64,000 bases of DNA, from the NCBI GenBank assembly GCA_038874435.1, contig JAVZCK010000008.1, positions 9,705 through 73,704 of the forward strand, read 5' to 3'. Made by a program: the position numbers and the translations under genes. This document shows positions 54,101 to 64,000 of this stretch, one piece after another. The stretch's first letter is position 1, and each line of letters opens with the position of its first letter. This DNA comes from Thermoplasmata archaeon. Lineage in GTDB: Archaea; Thermoplasmatota; Thermoplasmata; Lutacidiplasmatales; SKW197. The notes under the pieces were generated by a model, which was not told the origin of the DNA, ran no database searches, and saw only the letters and a program-made list of their open reading frames with translations.

Positions 54101-54267
54101 CCTTCTATATTTTCAGGCGAGGAATATTCTGGCTCTTCAGTTTCAATTCTTTCAAAAATTTCATCCAGCTTTTCATGGACAGTTTTTGGAAACATATAAT
54201 TGCACTGAAGGCAATGGCTGGCTGTATCATCATTTTCATAGTTGCAGAGAGGACAGATTTTAGACAT
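51127..54267 (-). CDS. Surface protein: Zn ribbon, TM, conserved IDG.F.DW module, BNR/sialidase-like propeller, C-terminal anchor
   Basis: CPLC...CLQC; S/T-x-D/N-x-G-x-T-W Asp boxes; IAE-TM-RKRKR tail. Confidence 0.82.
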   Translation of the reverse strand: MSKICPLCNYENDDTASHCLQCNYMFPKTVHEKLDEIFERIETEEPEYSSPENIEGRTTAGVAQRERAASNGLRETSQGKINGVKGRGYPVHRAQIRKKKQQKRVYLYLVPVITIILICVALGGLLLIKKERIQLDGEFSDWEGAKKSQFSAGIVPTQIDIVNAAIESDEKWYYFLVEVRGEIFEGDAKQANAGYMDILHIFVDADCNPETGYFVRGIGADYVLNLGGCRGEAQIHEVYKFDESRGNFDWQAKIGYGSIDCAKSLHAVELRVQKKIFNSENIEVIYHMFSYNGAEDFSDYIVSNKKPALVCNVKYVGNEVIDNAAEYIRVELTAPQEDVTLKGIVLKEVGSSQPVDVEYSINGGARARETFSGAKEIGFNTVITKTKTEIVFYLNASAHLPESAVGIEIDGRESVKAEGVVSVSESQDAGKAKVSYVKSAPAKIIIDGAFADWRDKQLEEDEDDAPAQYNIKKFGAVREDSTINLYLSVEQNLLGGIDVPYTGPVKISGSGGGGVIPSPPLNATDFVSIYIQKGSPPVGYKIGHILANYFVEINGKNGKILSKKYFVFNASGDWEFAGYVAAEIDNYQIEVKLMIDENASMVFVTSDWKENKDYTNESNPIGRASATLTVDPLPHAQTKVVVSPVVETKSGGIDILDAPFTSDTNILGTSPKLNGSNPSACVAANGTIYVAYQQNNSETSHGVFVRAGIEGLTSAWATSWSKNSTTTNVTNPSICVDPITQNIYVAYENATFSFGKYTNASNVWAEYYIPGWDSSKWKNPSIVAYNDIVYIFYENESTTNPGKYDIGFVNSTDGGNTWNGYFYFNETTTDERNPSAGINANYVFIAFQNETGGNYNITWYYSADGENWNGWYTPWAENEMYPSISISGNYGYVAFQDDTYGDRDIYCFWSTDEFATSPGLSAVALSTNDELFPSVAANGAFANIAFINITGTKANISYSNTTNNGQTWLSPLRVNDNDGEVRVYPGCLVVTNKSSALSLWAENSSTANSLTAIYHAEIAESGDLSFLALFVFLIAPVVFWRKRKRD

Positions 54268-57200
54268 ATTTCTCGCTCAGTAAAACGGTCTCCTGCCTAA
54301 TAAATTTTTCTAAATGTGCTATGTCTGGCAATTGTCCTTTCTTCTCCGCCTTCTCTGAAACAGAATGATTCCAGGTGCTGCAGGAACTGCCGCAATAAAG
54401 AAAAGTGCGGACTGGCTTTCAGAAACCTGGGTTGAAACAACCACAGAATACCCATTGTTTGAACTGTTTGCAGGTGCCCCAGTACACAAGTCCTTGTATG
54501 TGTCAGAGTTAACATCTCCGAGGCTTGCGATTGCCCAGCCCAGCTTTGAGCCAGATGTTGTGCCGAAGTAATAGTACTCTGCATTTGTTGCACTCATCAC
54601 GCTCTGGATGTTGTTCCCATCAAATACATAGATTGCACCAGTGCCTCCCGTGTTTATTGCACCCACTGCAAAGTCCTTTGAGCCATTGCTGTTAAAGTCA
54701 CCCAGGTAAGCGATGGAAAAGCCAAAATTGTCACCAGCACTTGCACCAGAGATTGTAGCATTCGGAGCATAGTGGACGATGAAGGTTTGGTCCTCAGCTG
54801 TGGGAGTTTGCCACACACCATTTACTGTCCAGGATGAGCCCGCATCAGGGTAAGGATTGCTATTGTCTGCAAGCCAAAGATACCCGTTGTTTGCTGAATC
54901 ATAGTTTATACCCACAATCCAGTATGTAGCACCTTGAGTTACATACGCAGGAGTAGTAAAGCTTATTAATTTCCATTCGCCCCATGAAGTAAAATCCATT
55001 GGTTCTGAAGAAGATAATGCAGTTCCGGGCAAGCCAGAACTAGTTGCATTTATAGAAAAATATGCTGCTGTGGAATCGGTGCCATAATCAATACAAGATA
55101 CTTCTACAGCAGAGATATAACCCGTCTTTGGTGCAACAAATGCCTGAGCGAGAAATTCCGAAGAATCAAGCAAATACCCAATCCACATGTCTGTTATTGC
55201 ACATGGCTCTGAAACGCCTCCAGCATTTGGATAATAGTAGTATATGCTAGCAGAGCCAGTACCTGAGTTGTTGTTGGGTGCACCCACTATCAGGTCTCCA
55301 TAGCCATCTCCATTTAAACTTGGTGTAATTGCCACGCTTGTGCCAAAACCGCTATTCGTTGTTGTTGGGACAATCTTCTTTGACCGTGTTGCCGTGAGCA
55401 CAACATCATCAATATACACATACTCATTGTTTGCATTCGCCCAGATATCAAACTCAATTACTATGCTTGCAGTCATGTAAAAGTACTTGCTTAAATCAAT
55501 GGTTACCTGCTCGTACTGTGTTGTGCTGGGAACAGCCATAATCAGACAGAACCAGCGGTCTTCCGCAAAGAGATAGACCTCGCCGTCCTCACCAGCATCT
55601 AATCCTGCCGACATCCACCACCATGAAAGTTGCACATTTGTGGCATTTCGCATGTCAAACTCTTTTCCTATGTAGGCTATTCTATTAAGATTTCCTTGAA
55701 GTCTTGCAGCCCTGTTCCCGCTGTGAACTGGGGAAGTAACAAGACTGGCTATGTTTGCATTATTTGGATTTTCATACCAGCCAGGAATTTGATTACTTAT
55801 CTCAGGGTTTTCAAATCCCTCCTGGAAAATCTGGGTTGCAGATAAAGCGCCACCGTTAAATGCAGACACCCTGCCTCTTGCCCCCTCTATGTTGTTGTTC
55901 TTAAAATTCGGGCTTCCGACAGCCAGATCGTCTTTTCCATCGTTGTTCAGGTCCCCACCAGCAGAAACACTGTAGCCAAACTGCTCATTCGGATACGCAC
56001 CAGCAAGAATTGAATTTGCATTCTTGGCATAGCTTGGAACTGTTCCATCATAGAACACATAGGTCCTTCCAGCAGGACCCCAGACACGGACATCATCAAT
56101 GTACCAGCCCCTGGCAACAGTTGCACTGTCTGAACCGAAGTGGAAACGAACCTTGATTGTTTTGCCTGCATAATCCGCAAGGAGCACAGTACATTCATAC
56201 CATGCTTGCATATCAACATACCATGCCTCCTTGTTATACAAGGGATTAGAAGCTGCAGTAATTGTGCCATTGTAGTGAGGCCAAGGAGAATAGGGCATGT
56301 GCATGTTAATTTGCGTCCATGTAGCAAAATTATCGTCGGATGTGGCAATTTCTATTAACCCCCCATCATTTGCTGTGCCCTGAAAGTCACGCCAGTGCCA
56401 GAAAGACAGATAGAGGGCACCAGATGGGAGCTTAATTTCAGGACTCACAAGGGCGGCGCTGTATTGGTTGGCGTAATTGCCAGCAAGGTTTGTGCCCCAG
56501 CATTTTGTGCCGCTGTGCGTGGATGCAGGTGGGCTTGTGGGCGTGCCCCGCTGCCATTCATCTATTGCACTTCCACCCGTGTTATAGTGGGTCCAGTCCT
56601 CGTCTGTACTGCCTTCAAAGTCATTGGAATAAACATCCTGTCCAACACCAGGGGCACCAACAACCAGGTCTGTGGTGCTTGCACCGTTTGTGTTCCCCAC
56701 GCTCACAGACCAGCCAAATCTGTCCCCTTCGCCAGTCCCATTTATGCACTTTGTTCCGTAGGGATAGGTGGCTAAATCAATTGTTTTCGGTGAACTCAGG
56801 GCTGAGCCATAGACCACATAAACTCTCCCTGGTCTCAGCGTGCCATTTGAGGCATTTGGAGCACCAATGATTAAGTCATTCTTTCCATCACCATCCAAAT
56901 CACCAGATGTAATGTTCCACCCAATATTATCGTTTGTGTTGTTACCATAAATTGTGATGTTAGCATTTGCTGGATTTATATTCGCAAATTCCATTCCTTT
57001 GTAGCCATAGAAAACATAGACAGCCCCGCAATCTGTTCTGCTCGAATAGTCCGCATATGGCGCGCTCACAGCAAAATCCACAATTCCATCGCCGTTTACA
57101 TCACCCAAAGAGGCAATTGAATATCCAAACCACTCTGCTGAGCTACCAACACCATCAGTAACCTTTACGAGCTGGGTGTAGGCCATAGGAAGAATCTCTC

Positions 57201-58709
57201 CCGACTTCCAAGAAACACTTGTTTGCGACTTGCTCCAGTCAATGCTATGGTTCCAGTTTGAGGTTTCAAAAACGATTGTTAGATTCCCTTCAAGCGGGCA
57301 CATTACCTCAATCTGCAGACTGTCCTTTGCACAAAGAGGTGAATCAATTTTGTTCCATCGCTCATCGTAGATGGATGCCCCAGTAAACTCATACATTGTG
57401 GCGTTTACAATTTTACCATGAAGCCCAATTACCTCAATCTTATAGTTTGCGAGAAGTCCATAAATGTTGTACCCGAATGTGATATTTTCTTGTGAAATGT
57501 AGATTCTGAGATAGTCGTACCCGATGAGAGGCGGTGGTGTGACTGGTTGAGTTGGTGTGATGTTGTGCTCAACTTTCACAGGCCCGGTGAAAGGCACTTC
57601 TGCGCCGAGGAAGAGGGCATTTTCAACACTCGCATAAAAACTCACATTTCTGTCGTTTCTGAACGCTCCGAATTTCTTGATGTTGTACTGAGCAGGAGCA
57701 TCGTCCTCATCCTCCTCAAGTTGCTTGTCCCTCCAGTCACCAAAAGCTCCGTCTATTTTTATTCTAGCAGGGGCACTTTCCACATACGAAACTTTCGCTT
57801 TACCTGCATCCTGGCTCTCGGATACACTCACCACTCCTTCTGCCTTCACACTTTCTCTGCTATCAATTTCTATTCCCACTGCACTCTCCGGCAGATGGGC
57901 ACTAGCATTCAGATAAAATACAATTTCTGTTTTTGTTTTCGTGATCAATGTGTTGAAACCAATTTCTTTTGCACCGCTGAAAGTTTCCTTAGTCCTTGCA
58001 CCGCCGTTGATGCTGTACTCTACATCTACTGGCTGGCTGCTTCCAACTTCCTTCAGCACTATTCCTTTCAGTGTCACATCTTCCTGCGGTGCAGTCAACT
58101 CTACCCTTATGTACTCTGCAGCATTATCAATCACTTCATTGCCCACATACTTCACATTACAAACGAGTGCTGGCTTTTTGTTTGACACAATATAATCTGA
58201 AAAGTCCTCAGCACCGTTATAGGAAAACATGTGGTAAACCACTTCAATGCTCTCGCTGTTAAAAATCTTTTTCTGGACACGGAGTTCCACTGCATTGCTT
58301 GATTTCGCACAGTCAATGCTTCCATATCCAATCTTGCCCTCCCAATCAAATTTGCTCCTGCTCTCATCAAACTTATAAACTTCATGGGTAAAAACCTCAC
58401 CTCTGCAACCACCCAGATTAAGCACATAATCAGCACCGATGCCTCGCACAAAGTATCCTGTCTCAGGGTTGCAATCAGCATCCACAAAAATGTGAAGGAT
58501 ATCCATGTAGCCAGCATTTGCCTGCTTTGCATCGCCTTCAAAAATCTCGCCTCTTACCTCTACCAGGAAATAATACCATTTCTCATCGCTCTCAATCGCT
58601 GTGTTCACGATGTCTATCTGAGTGGGCACAATGCCTACAGAAAACTGGCTTTTCTTTGCACCTTCCCAGTCCGAAAACTCGCCATCCAACTGGATTCTCT
58701 CTTTTTTTA
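52845..58709. repeat. Direct duplication of about 1.04 kb (52845-53885 and 57669-58709)
   Basis: Near-identical by eye at a constant offset of 4824 bp; encodes KKERIQLDGEFSDW...AQYNIKKFGA in both genes. Confidence 0.9.
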
Positions 58710-59148
58710 TCGAAATCAAAGCCATGAGTGATGTTATTACAAGAATGCATACAATTAAAGGCACCACAATTTTTCTGTACTCCCTCTTTTTTATTTCCCT
58801 TCTTGCTTTCGTGGGCTTAAATGTGCCATTTGTTAGACCGTTGGTCATCCCGTTAATTCTTCCCGCCCTTGTTGCTCCTGTTTCCCTTGTTGCCATGGGC
58901 GTTCTTCCTAAACTCATGGTCTCCCTGCTTTCTGGCACATCTGATGAAGGTTTTGTCTCTTCTTCCTCTAAAGATGCCAAAATTTCATCAAGTTCTTCCT
59001 CTATCTCCTCCTCCTTTTTTGGTTCTTCAATTTCCTCAAAAATTTCATCCAGTTTTTCATGCACTGTCTTCGGAAACACATAGCTACACTGCTTGCAGAA
59101 TTTATCAGCATCCCCTGCCTCGTAACCACAAACAGGGCATCTCTTCAT
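54319..59148 (-). CDS. Surface protein: Zn ribbon, TM, conserved module, FG-GAP (integrin-alpha-like) repeats with inserted jelly-roll domains, C-terminal anchor
   Basis: Repeated FGxS...GDxNxDG..D..VGAP; GWYIDDV domain; start MKRCPVC at 59148 after GGGGGAG RBS. Confidence 0.85.
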   Translation of the reverse strand: MKRCPVCGYEAGDADKFCKQCSYVFPKTVHEKLDEIFEEIEEPKKEEEIEEELDEILASLEEEETKPSSDVPESRETMSLGRTPMATRETGATRAGRINGMTNGLTNGTFKPTKARREIKKREYRKIVVPLIVCILVITSLMALISIKKERIQLDGEFSDWEGAKKSQFSVGIVPTQIDIVNTAIESDEKWYYFLVEVRGEIFEGDAKQANAGYMDILHIFVDADCNPETGYFVRGIGADYVLNLGGCRGEVFTHEVYKFDESRSKFDWEGKIGYGSIDCAKSSNAVELRVQKKIFNSESIEVVYHMFSYNGAEDFSDYIVSNKKPALVCNVKYVGNEVIDNAAEYIRVELTAPQEDVTLKGIVLKEVGSSQPVDVEYSINGGARTKETFSGAKEIGFNTLITKTKTEIVFYLNASAHLPESAVGIEIDSRESVKAEGVVSVSESQDAGKAKVSYVESAPARIKIDGAFGDWRDKQLEEDEDDAPAQYNIKKFGAFRNDRNVSFYASVENALFLGAEVPFTGPVKVEHNITPTQPVTPPPLIGYDYLRIYISQENITFGYNIYGLLANYKIEVIGLHGKIVNATMYEFTGASIYDERWNKIDSPLCAKDSLQIEVMCPLEGNLTIVFETSNWNHSIDWSKSQTSVSWKSGEILPMAYTQLVKVTDGVGSSAEWFGYSIASLGDVNGDGIVDFAVSAPYADYSSRTDCGAVYVFYGYKGMEFANINPANANITIYGNNTNDNIGWNITSGDLDGDGKNDLIIGAPNASNGTLRPGRVYVVYGSALSSPKTIDLATYPYGTKCINGTGEGDRFGWSVSVGNTNGASTTDLVVGAPGVGQDVYSNDFEGSTDEDWTHYNTGGSAIDEWQRGTPTSPPASTHSGTKCWGTNLAGNYANQYSAALVSPEIKLPSGALYLSFWHWRDFQGTANDGGLIEIATSDDNFATWTQINMHMPYSPWPHYNGTITAASNPLYNKEAWYVDMQAWYECTVLLADYAGKTIKVRFHFGSDSATVARGWYIDDVRVWGPAGRTYVFYDGTVPSYAKNANSILAGAYPNEQFGYSVSAGGDLNNDGKDDLAVGSPNFKNNNIEGARGRVSAFNGGALSATQIFQEGFENPEISNQIPGWYENPNNANIASLVTSPVHSGNRAARLQGNLNRIAYIGKEFDMRNATNVQLSWWWMSAGLDAGEDGEVYLFAEDRWFCLIMAVPSTTQYEQVTIDLSKYFYMTASIVIEFDIWANANNEYVYIDDVVLTATRSKKIVPTTTNSGFGTSVAITPSLNGDGYGDLIVGAPNNNSGTGSASIYYYYPNAGGVSEPCAITDMWIGYLLDSSEFLAQAFVAPKTGYISAVEVSCIDYGTDSTAAYFSINATSSGLPGTALSSSEPMDFTSWGEWKLISFTTPAYVTQGATYWIVGINYDSANNGYLWLADNSNPYPDAGSSWTVNGVWQTPTAEDQTFIVHYAPNATISGASAGDNFGFSIAYLGDFNSNGSKDFAVGAINTGGTGAIYVFDGNNIQSVMSATNAEYYYFGTTSGSKLGWAIASLGDVNSDTYKDLCTGAPANSSNNGYSVVVSTQVSESQSALFFIAAVPAAPGIILFQRRRRRKDNCQT

Positions 59149-59210
59149 TGCTCCCCCTATGGATTTACCCACTAATAAACTTTTTTGATGCCAACCTCTA
59201 AACAATGAGT

Positions 59211-60257
59211 TTAGCAGATTCTCGGAACAGGGTCCCCAATTGGTGGCTGGAGAATTCGCATCCCTCCGACCCTGGTTTTAAGTGCCACGCCATCAATGTC
59301 CTTTCTGGCCATGCCTATAATTGCTGCCTCTTTTCCTTCCCTGGTTTCGCGCAGTGTCTCAAGCACCTGCTCTGCCATTGCTGGCACTACTGCAAGCACT
59401 ACCTTGCCTTCATTTCCGATTTCGTATGGGTCAATCCCAAGCATTGAACAGGCAGCCCTTACTTCGTCTCTAACTGGGATTTTTTCCTCCTCAACAACAA
59501 TTCCTACACTTGACTTCTCGCTCCATTCGTTGAGCAAGTTTGCAAGCCCTCCTCGTGTCGCATCCTTCACCGCACAGATGCCACCCACTTCAAGTGCTCG
59601 CCCTAGCATTTTGTTAAGAGGCATGACATCGCTCACAAAATTGCCCTCAAACCCGATTCCTTCCCTTGCTGAAAGCACTGCAGCACCGTGGTCTCCCACA
59701 TAGCCAGAAACAATAATTACATCTCCATCAGCCACATTTGAGTCCAGAAGCCACGCATGTTTAACAGTTCTGTATTTTCTTGCTACTTCAAGATTCTGAT
59801 CAAGAAGTTCGTGTCTCCTGCCTATGCCCGATGTGTTGATAACAATCTCGCTTAAGCCACCATGCTCCACAACTTTAGTGTCCCCAGTAACAATCTCCAC
59901 ATCTGCTTCTTCTGCAGTCGCTGCCATGCTTTCTACAATTTTCTCAAGTTTTTCCTCCTCAAAACCCTCCTCAATCACGAAAGCGGCCGAAAGTGCCAGG
60001 GGTCTCGCACCCACGCAAGCGAGGTCATTCACTGTGCCAGCTACAGAAAGCCGTCCGATATCGCCACCAGGGAAAAAAATTGGTTTTACTGTGTGCGAAT
60101 CTGTGGTGAACACAATACCCTCAACCACAGCGGCATCATCAAGAGCTGCCAATGGCACCTCTGATTCACCCCTACCAAAGTGTTTCAGAATCTTCTCTTT
60201 AATCAAGCGTTGCATCACACTGCCGCCAGCGCCATGGGCTATCGTAATTTTACTCAT
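59211..60257 (-). CDS. hypE: Hydrogenase maturation protein HypE
   Basis: AHGAGG, FTTDSHTVKPIFFPGGDIG, DATRGG, C-terminal PRIC. Confidence 0.96.
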   Translation of the reverse strand: MSKITIAHGAGGSVMQRLIKEKILKHFGRGESEVPLAALDDAAVVEGIVFTTDSHTVKPIFFPGGDIGRLSVAGTVNDLACVGARPLALSAAFVIEEGFEEEKLEKIVESMAATAEEADVEIVTGDTKVVEHGGLSEIVINTSGIGRRHELLDQNLEVARKYRTVKHAWLLDSNVADGDVIIVSGYVGDHGAAVLSAREGIGFEGNFVSDVMPLNKMLGRALEVGGICAVKDATRGGLANLLNEWSEKSSVGIVVEEEKIPVRDEVRAACSMLGIDPYEIGNEGKVVLAVVPAMAEQVLETLRETREGKEAAIIGMARKDIDGVALKTRVGGMRILQPPIGDPVPRIC

Positions 60258-60355
60258 GAAAAAAGGGAAAGAGTGTAGGTATTTTAGGGTTGGGATTCAT
60301 CATTGCTGAAGTATGCAGACAAACCCTTATATCTGCCTGATTTTTAGCTGTTCCG

Positions 60356-61693
60356 ATGGCAGACCTGAACTCAATTCTGCTGGCTATTGTGGTAATCGGT
60401 ATCTATTCTCTCATCGTGCTTATGCTCTGGAAACTGAAGTATCTTGAGAAATACAACTTCACGCCGTGGGCGGGCCCTATCCTGATGTGGAAGACAAAGA
60501 GAGGAAAGAGATTTCTTGACCGCCTTGCCAAAAGAAAAAAATTCTGGGAATGGTACGGGAACATCAGTGTGGTCATTGCAATAATCTCAATGTTTTTCAT
60601 CACTGCACTGCTTGTTTGGTCCGTTTCAAAGGTGAGTTTGATACCAAAGGAGAAAGCCCCTTCTCCTGAGCTCTTGCTTGGAATACCGGGCATAAACCCT
60701 GTAATTCCTGTTTTTTATGGCATAATTGGACTTGTGGTTGCAATCGTCTTCCATGAACTTGCACATGGAGTGCTCGCAAGAGTGGCAGGGCTTGAGGTGA
60801 AGTCAGTAGGAATTCTGCTTTTCGTTTTTCCAATCGGTGCATTCGTTGAGCCAGATGAGGAAGAATTGTTGAAAATAAAGAGGATGAAACGCAGCCGAGT
60901 TCTTGCTGCAGGCCCAGCAACAAATCTCATCATTGCTTTTCTTGCCCTGCTCGTGTTCTGCCTTGCTTTTGCACCTGCAATGGAACCGAGAGCTGAAGGG
61001 ATTGGCATTCTTGGTGTCGAAAAGGACAGCCCAGCGAGCCATACCTCGCTTAAGCCCTATGACATTCTCGTCAGTTTGAATAACACAACTGTGCGAAATT
61101 ACGCGGAATTTAAGGAGGCATTGAACAAGACAAAGCCAGGGGATACTGTTGAATTCTCATTCTACTCCAGAGACAGGAATACTATTGTCACTGAGAACAT
61201 TACAATTGGTAATCGCTATGATTTTATTCCTGCGGAGGAAAACAAGGGAAAACCATACCTGGGTATTACGATGCTCCCCCTAGACCTTGGTTCTTTCAAG
61301 CAACAGCTTGCAAACCCGTTCAATGGTGGAATTGCCAGCTTTCTCACATTCCTCAGTTTGCCATTTTTGGGACTCTCGCCTCTTGATGCTGGCATTGGGA
61401 GTTTCTATGTGCTCAACTCCCCGCTTCCAGCAGATGTTTTTTTCCTGCTTCTCAACACCTTTTACTGGCTTTTCTGGATTAATCTGATGGTCGGGCTTAC
61501 CAACACACTGCCCAGCCTTCCCCTCGATGCTGGCTACCTTGTGAGAGACGGACTCTACATCCTGCTGGGACGCACAAAAGCCACAAAGGAAAAGACAGAG
61601 AAGATTGTAAAGTATGCTATGCTTGGCATTGGATTACTTGTGCTCTTCATGATTCTCTTCCAGATTATTGGTCCAAGAATCTTCGGGACATGA
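60356..61693 (+). CDS. Site-2 protease (M50) with PDZ domain
   Basis: HELAH, GAFVEPDEE, AAGP..N, NTLP..PLD. Confidence 0.93.
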   Translation: MADLNSILLAIVVIGIYSLIVLMLWKLKYLEKYNFTPWAGPILMWKTKRGKRFLDRLAKRKKFWEWYGNISVVIAIISMFFITALLVWSVSKVSLIPKEKAPSPELLLGIPGINPVIPVFYGIIGLVVAIVFHELAHGVLARVAGLEVKSVGILLFVFPIGAFVEPDEEELLKIKRMKRSRVLAAGPATNLIIAFLALLVFCLAFAPAMEPRAEGIGILGVEKDSPASHTSLKPYDILVSLNNTTVRNYAEFKEALNKTKPGDTVEFSFYSRDRNTIVTENITIGNRYDFIPAEENKGKPYLGITMLPLDLGSFKQQLANPFNGGIASFLTFLSLPFLGLSPLDAGIGSFYVLNSPLPADVFFLLLNTFYWLFWINLMVGLTNTLPSLPLDAGYLVRDGLYILLGRTKATKEKTEKIVKYAMLGIGLLVLFMILFQIIGPRIFGT

Positions 61694-62370
61694 GGCAAGA
61701 CATGAGCATAAAAATTGATGCGGTGGTTTACTCAAAACGAAAACACATTATGCTGAAGATTGAACCAGATGGCAAACTCATCGTGCATGCGCCTGTGCAC
61801 ACCAGCAAGCAAGAAATTCTAGTCGTTGTCCAGAGGCACAGAAAATGGATTGAGAAAACGAGAACAAGAATGCTGGAGAAGCGGAGACAACAGACGAAAA
61901 AGTTTGAAGAGGGCGAGCGATTTCTGTTTCTCGGGAAAGAGTATCCATTGAAAATAGGTAGAGGAAGTGAGCCACTGGTTTTTCAAGATGCTTTCATTTT
62001 GAGTGAGGATTATTTGGCACATTCAAAAGAGGTTTTTGAGTGGTGGTACAAAAACATGGCGAAGGCAATTCTAGTTCTGAGAGCAAGGGAACTCGCGGAG
62101 CAGTTTGGTTTCAAGCCAAAGAAAATCAAAATCACGAGCGGGAAAACAAGGTTTGGCTCATGCACCTCTAAGGGCTACATAAATCTCTCTTGGCGACTCG
62201 TGCTGGCACCTCCAGAAATAATTGATTATGTAATTGTGCATGAACTTGCTCATCTGAAAGAACCAAATCATTCCAAAAAATTTTGGGCGGTGGTGGAAAA
62301 ATTTATTCCTGACTACAAGACAAAAAGAAAGTGGCTGAAGGAAAATGGACATTTGCTTATCCTCAGATGA
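61690..62370 (+). CDS. YgjP/DUF45 (SprT-like) zinc metalloprotein
   Basis: RFGSC, YVIVHELAHLKEPNHS..FW. Confidence 0.9.
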   Translation: MRQDMSIKIDAVVYSKRKHIMLKIEPDGKLIVHAPVHTSKQEILVVVQRHRKWIEKTRTRMLEKRRQQTKKFEEGERFLFLGKEYPLKIGRGSEPLVFQDAFILSEDYLAHSKEVFEWWYKNMAKAILVLRARELAEQFGFKPKKIKITSGKTRFGSCTSKGYINLSWRLVLAPPEIIDYVIVHELAHLKEPNHSKKFWAVVEKFIPDYKTKRKWLKENGHLLILR

Positions 62371-62414
62371 TGCTCTACAGAAAATATTTTATACCGCATT
62401 ATAAATGCCAGAAT

Positions 62415-64000
62415 ATGGCGAAAATTCTCGTAGCTGTTGCCTGGCCTTACACGAATGCACCTGTGCACTTTGGCACAATTGCAGGTGCTTGCTTGCCTGC
62501 AGACATCTTTGCGAGATTCATGCGGTTAAAGGGAAATGAAGTGCTGATGGTTTCTGGCAGTGACCAGCATGGAACTCCAATTATCTTTACAGCCATGGAG
62601 CAGAAAAGCACGCCTGAACAGATTGCAAAGAAATACCATGAGATAAATTCAAGGGCGTTGAAGGAACTAGGCATCTCCTACGACATTTTCTTTGAAACAA
62701 GCCATCCAAACCACAAAAAGGTTGTGCAGGAGATTTTCCTTAAATTGCTGGAAAAGGGATACATTTACTCCAAACTGATGCCAATGCTTTACTGTGAAAA
62801 TTGCAAAAGATTTTTGCCAGATAGATATGTGGTGGGCATCTGTCCCTATTGCAAGGCAGAGGATGCAAAAGGAGACCAGTGCAGCAATTGCGGAAAAACC
62901 TACGAGGCAACGGAGTTACTTGAACCGAAATGCAGGATTTGCGGTGGAAAGCCAATAGTCAAAGAGAGCGAGCATTTCTTTCTGAAACTTTCCGCGTTGG
63001 AGGAGAATCTTAAAAAGTTCATAAATGACAAAACATACTGGAGGGAGAATGCCTACCTTTTCACAAAAAACTTGCTTGAAGCAGGTTTGAAGGACAGGCC
63101 AGTGACGAGAGACCTGGAGTGGGGAATTGATGTTCCATTGCCGAACATGGAGGGCAAGAAGATTTATGTGTGGTTTGAAGCAGTGATTGGTTACCTTTCC
63201 TCCTCAATTGAATGGGCTGCGAGGCAGGGAATGCCAGATAAATGGAAAGAGTTCTGGTATGACAATGAAGCAAGACATTATTATTTCATTGGCAAGGACA
63301 ATGTGCCTTTCCACAGCATAATCTGGCCTGCAATTCTGATGGCTTACGATGAAAAACTAAACCTGCCTTACGACATCCCTGCAAATGAATGGCTCCAGTT
63401 TGGTGGTGAGAAAATTTCAAAGAGCAAGACAAAGGAAAGTTCTATTTTCCTTCCTGACTTTCTGGCTAAATACCCACCAGACCCACTTCGTTTTTACCTT
63501 GCAATGCATCTGCCAGAAAAGCATGATACCTCTTTTGACTGGGACGAGTTTGAGAGCCATGCGAATAAACTTCTGCTCGCAGCTTATGGAAATCTGGCAA
63601 ACAGGGTGCTGGTCACAGTTCTGAAGATGGATGGAAAGATTCCTCAGCTAAAGGAAGAATTGCTTGGAAAGGATGAGAAGGAGTTGCTGGCATTGATGGA
63701 GAGAACTAAGAAGGAGGTGGAGGAGCACATTGCCAGATGTGAGTTTAAAGCAGGAATTGAGAAAATCATGGCGCTTGTGCATGCTGCAAATGCCTGCTTC
63801 CAGAATGTGAAGGTCTGGGAATTGGTGAAAACAGATAGGCAAAGAGCAGAGGCAGTGCTCCATATCTTCCTGAAACTTCTCAGAAATCTGGCAATCATGT
63901 TCTTGCCCTACATTCCACACTCAAGTGAGAAACTCTGGCGAATGCTAGGCTATCAAAAACCAATTTCTTCATGGGAGGAACTGGATGCACCGTTGCCTGC
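62415..64000 (+). CDS. metG: Methionine-tRNA ligase (3' end beyond window)
   Basis: Manual translation MAKILVAVAWPYTNAPVHFGT...SGSDQHGTPI, Zn knuckles, IYVWFEA, IGKDNVPFH, KISKS; absent from the ORF track because it has no stop in the window. Confidence 0.95.
   Translation, partial: MAKILVAVAWPYTNAPVHFGTIAGACLPADIFARFMRLKGNEVLMVSGSDQHGTPIIFTAMEQKSTPEQIAKKYHEINSRALKELGISYDIFFETSHPNHKKVVQEIFLKLLEKGYIYSKLMPMLYCENCKRFLPDRYVVGICPYCKAEDAKGDQCSNCGKTYEATELLEPKCRICGGKPIVKESEHFFLKLSALEENLKKFINDKTYWRENAYLFTKNLLEAGLKDRPVTRDLEWGIDVPLPNMEGKKIYVWFEAVIGYLSSSIEWAARQGMPDKWKEFWYDNEARHYYFIGKDNVPFHSIIWPAILMAYDEKLNLPYDIPANEWLQFGGEKISKSKTKESSIFLPDFLAKYPPDPLRFYLAMHLPEKHDTSFDWDEFESHANKLLLAAYGNLANRVLVTVLKMDGKIPQLKEELLGKDEKELLALMERTKKEVEEHIARCEFKAGIEKIMALVHAANACFQNVKVWELVKTDRQRAEAVLHIFLKLLRNLAIMFLPYIPHSSEKLWRMLGYQKPISSWEELDAPLP

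Noticed and set aside
52845..58709. Diversity-generating retroelement TR/VR pair
   Set aside because: Both copies are in-frame coding, the differences look mostly synonymous rather than adenine-specific, and no reverse transcriptase is present.
59211..60257. Orphan hypE without other hyp genes
   Set aside because: Scattered hyp genes are common in archaea.

Overview
64 kb of an archaeal chromosome, most consistent with Thermoplasmata (stand-alone 23S rRNA, GGTGA-type RBS, DUF835/KaiC-like expansion, archaeal Rio1-Dim2, archaellum). Housekeeping content: pstSCAB-phoU with a divergent AbrB-PhoU regulator, rio1/dim2/PHP, glmU-glmS, tgt, proS, trpS, a complete archaellum operon (2 archaellins, ArlCDE-like, F, G, H, I, J), hbd, tRNA-Pro(CGG), purS-purL, KaiC-like ATPases, hypE, site-2 protease, metG (partial), and three large modular surface proteins. 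Main finding: a tightly coupled 4-gene minus-strand operon at 39926-42492 encoding a UFM1-like ubiquitin-fold protein ending in Val-Gly, a UFC1-like E2, a UBA5-like E1 and a JAMM/MPN+ protease. This looks like a prokaryotic UFMylation cascade in an apparently non-Asgard archaeon. Second finding: two short ORF-less bulge-helix-bulge introns in the 23S rRNA share an identical 18-mer and resemble a free intergenic hairpin element at 652-698. All family assignments were made by eye against remembered sequences and motifs; no searches were run.
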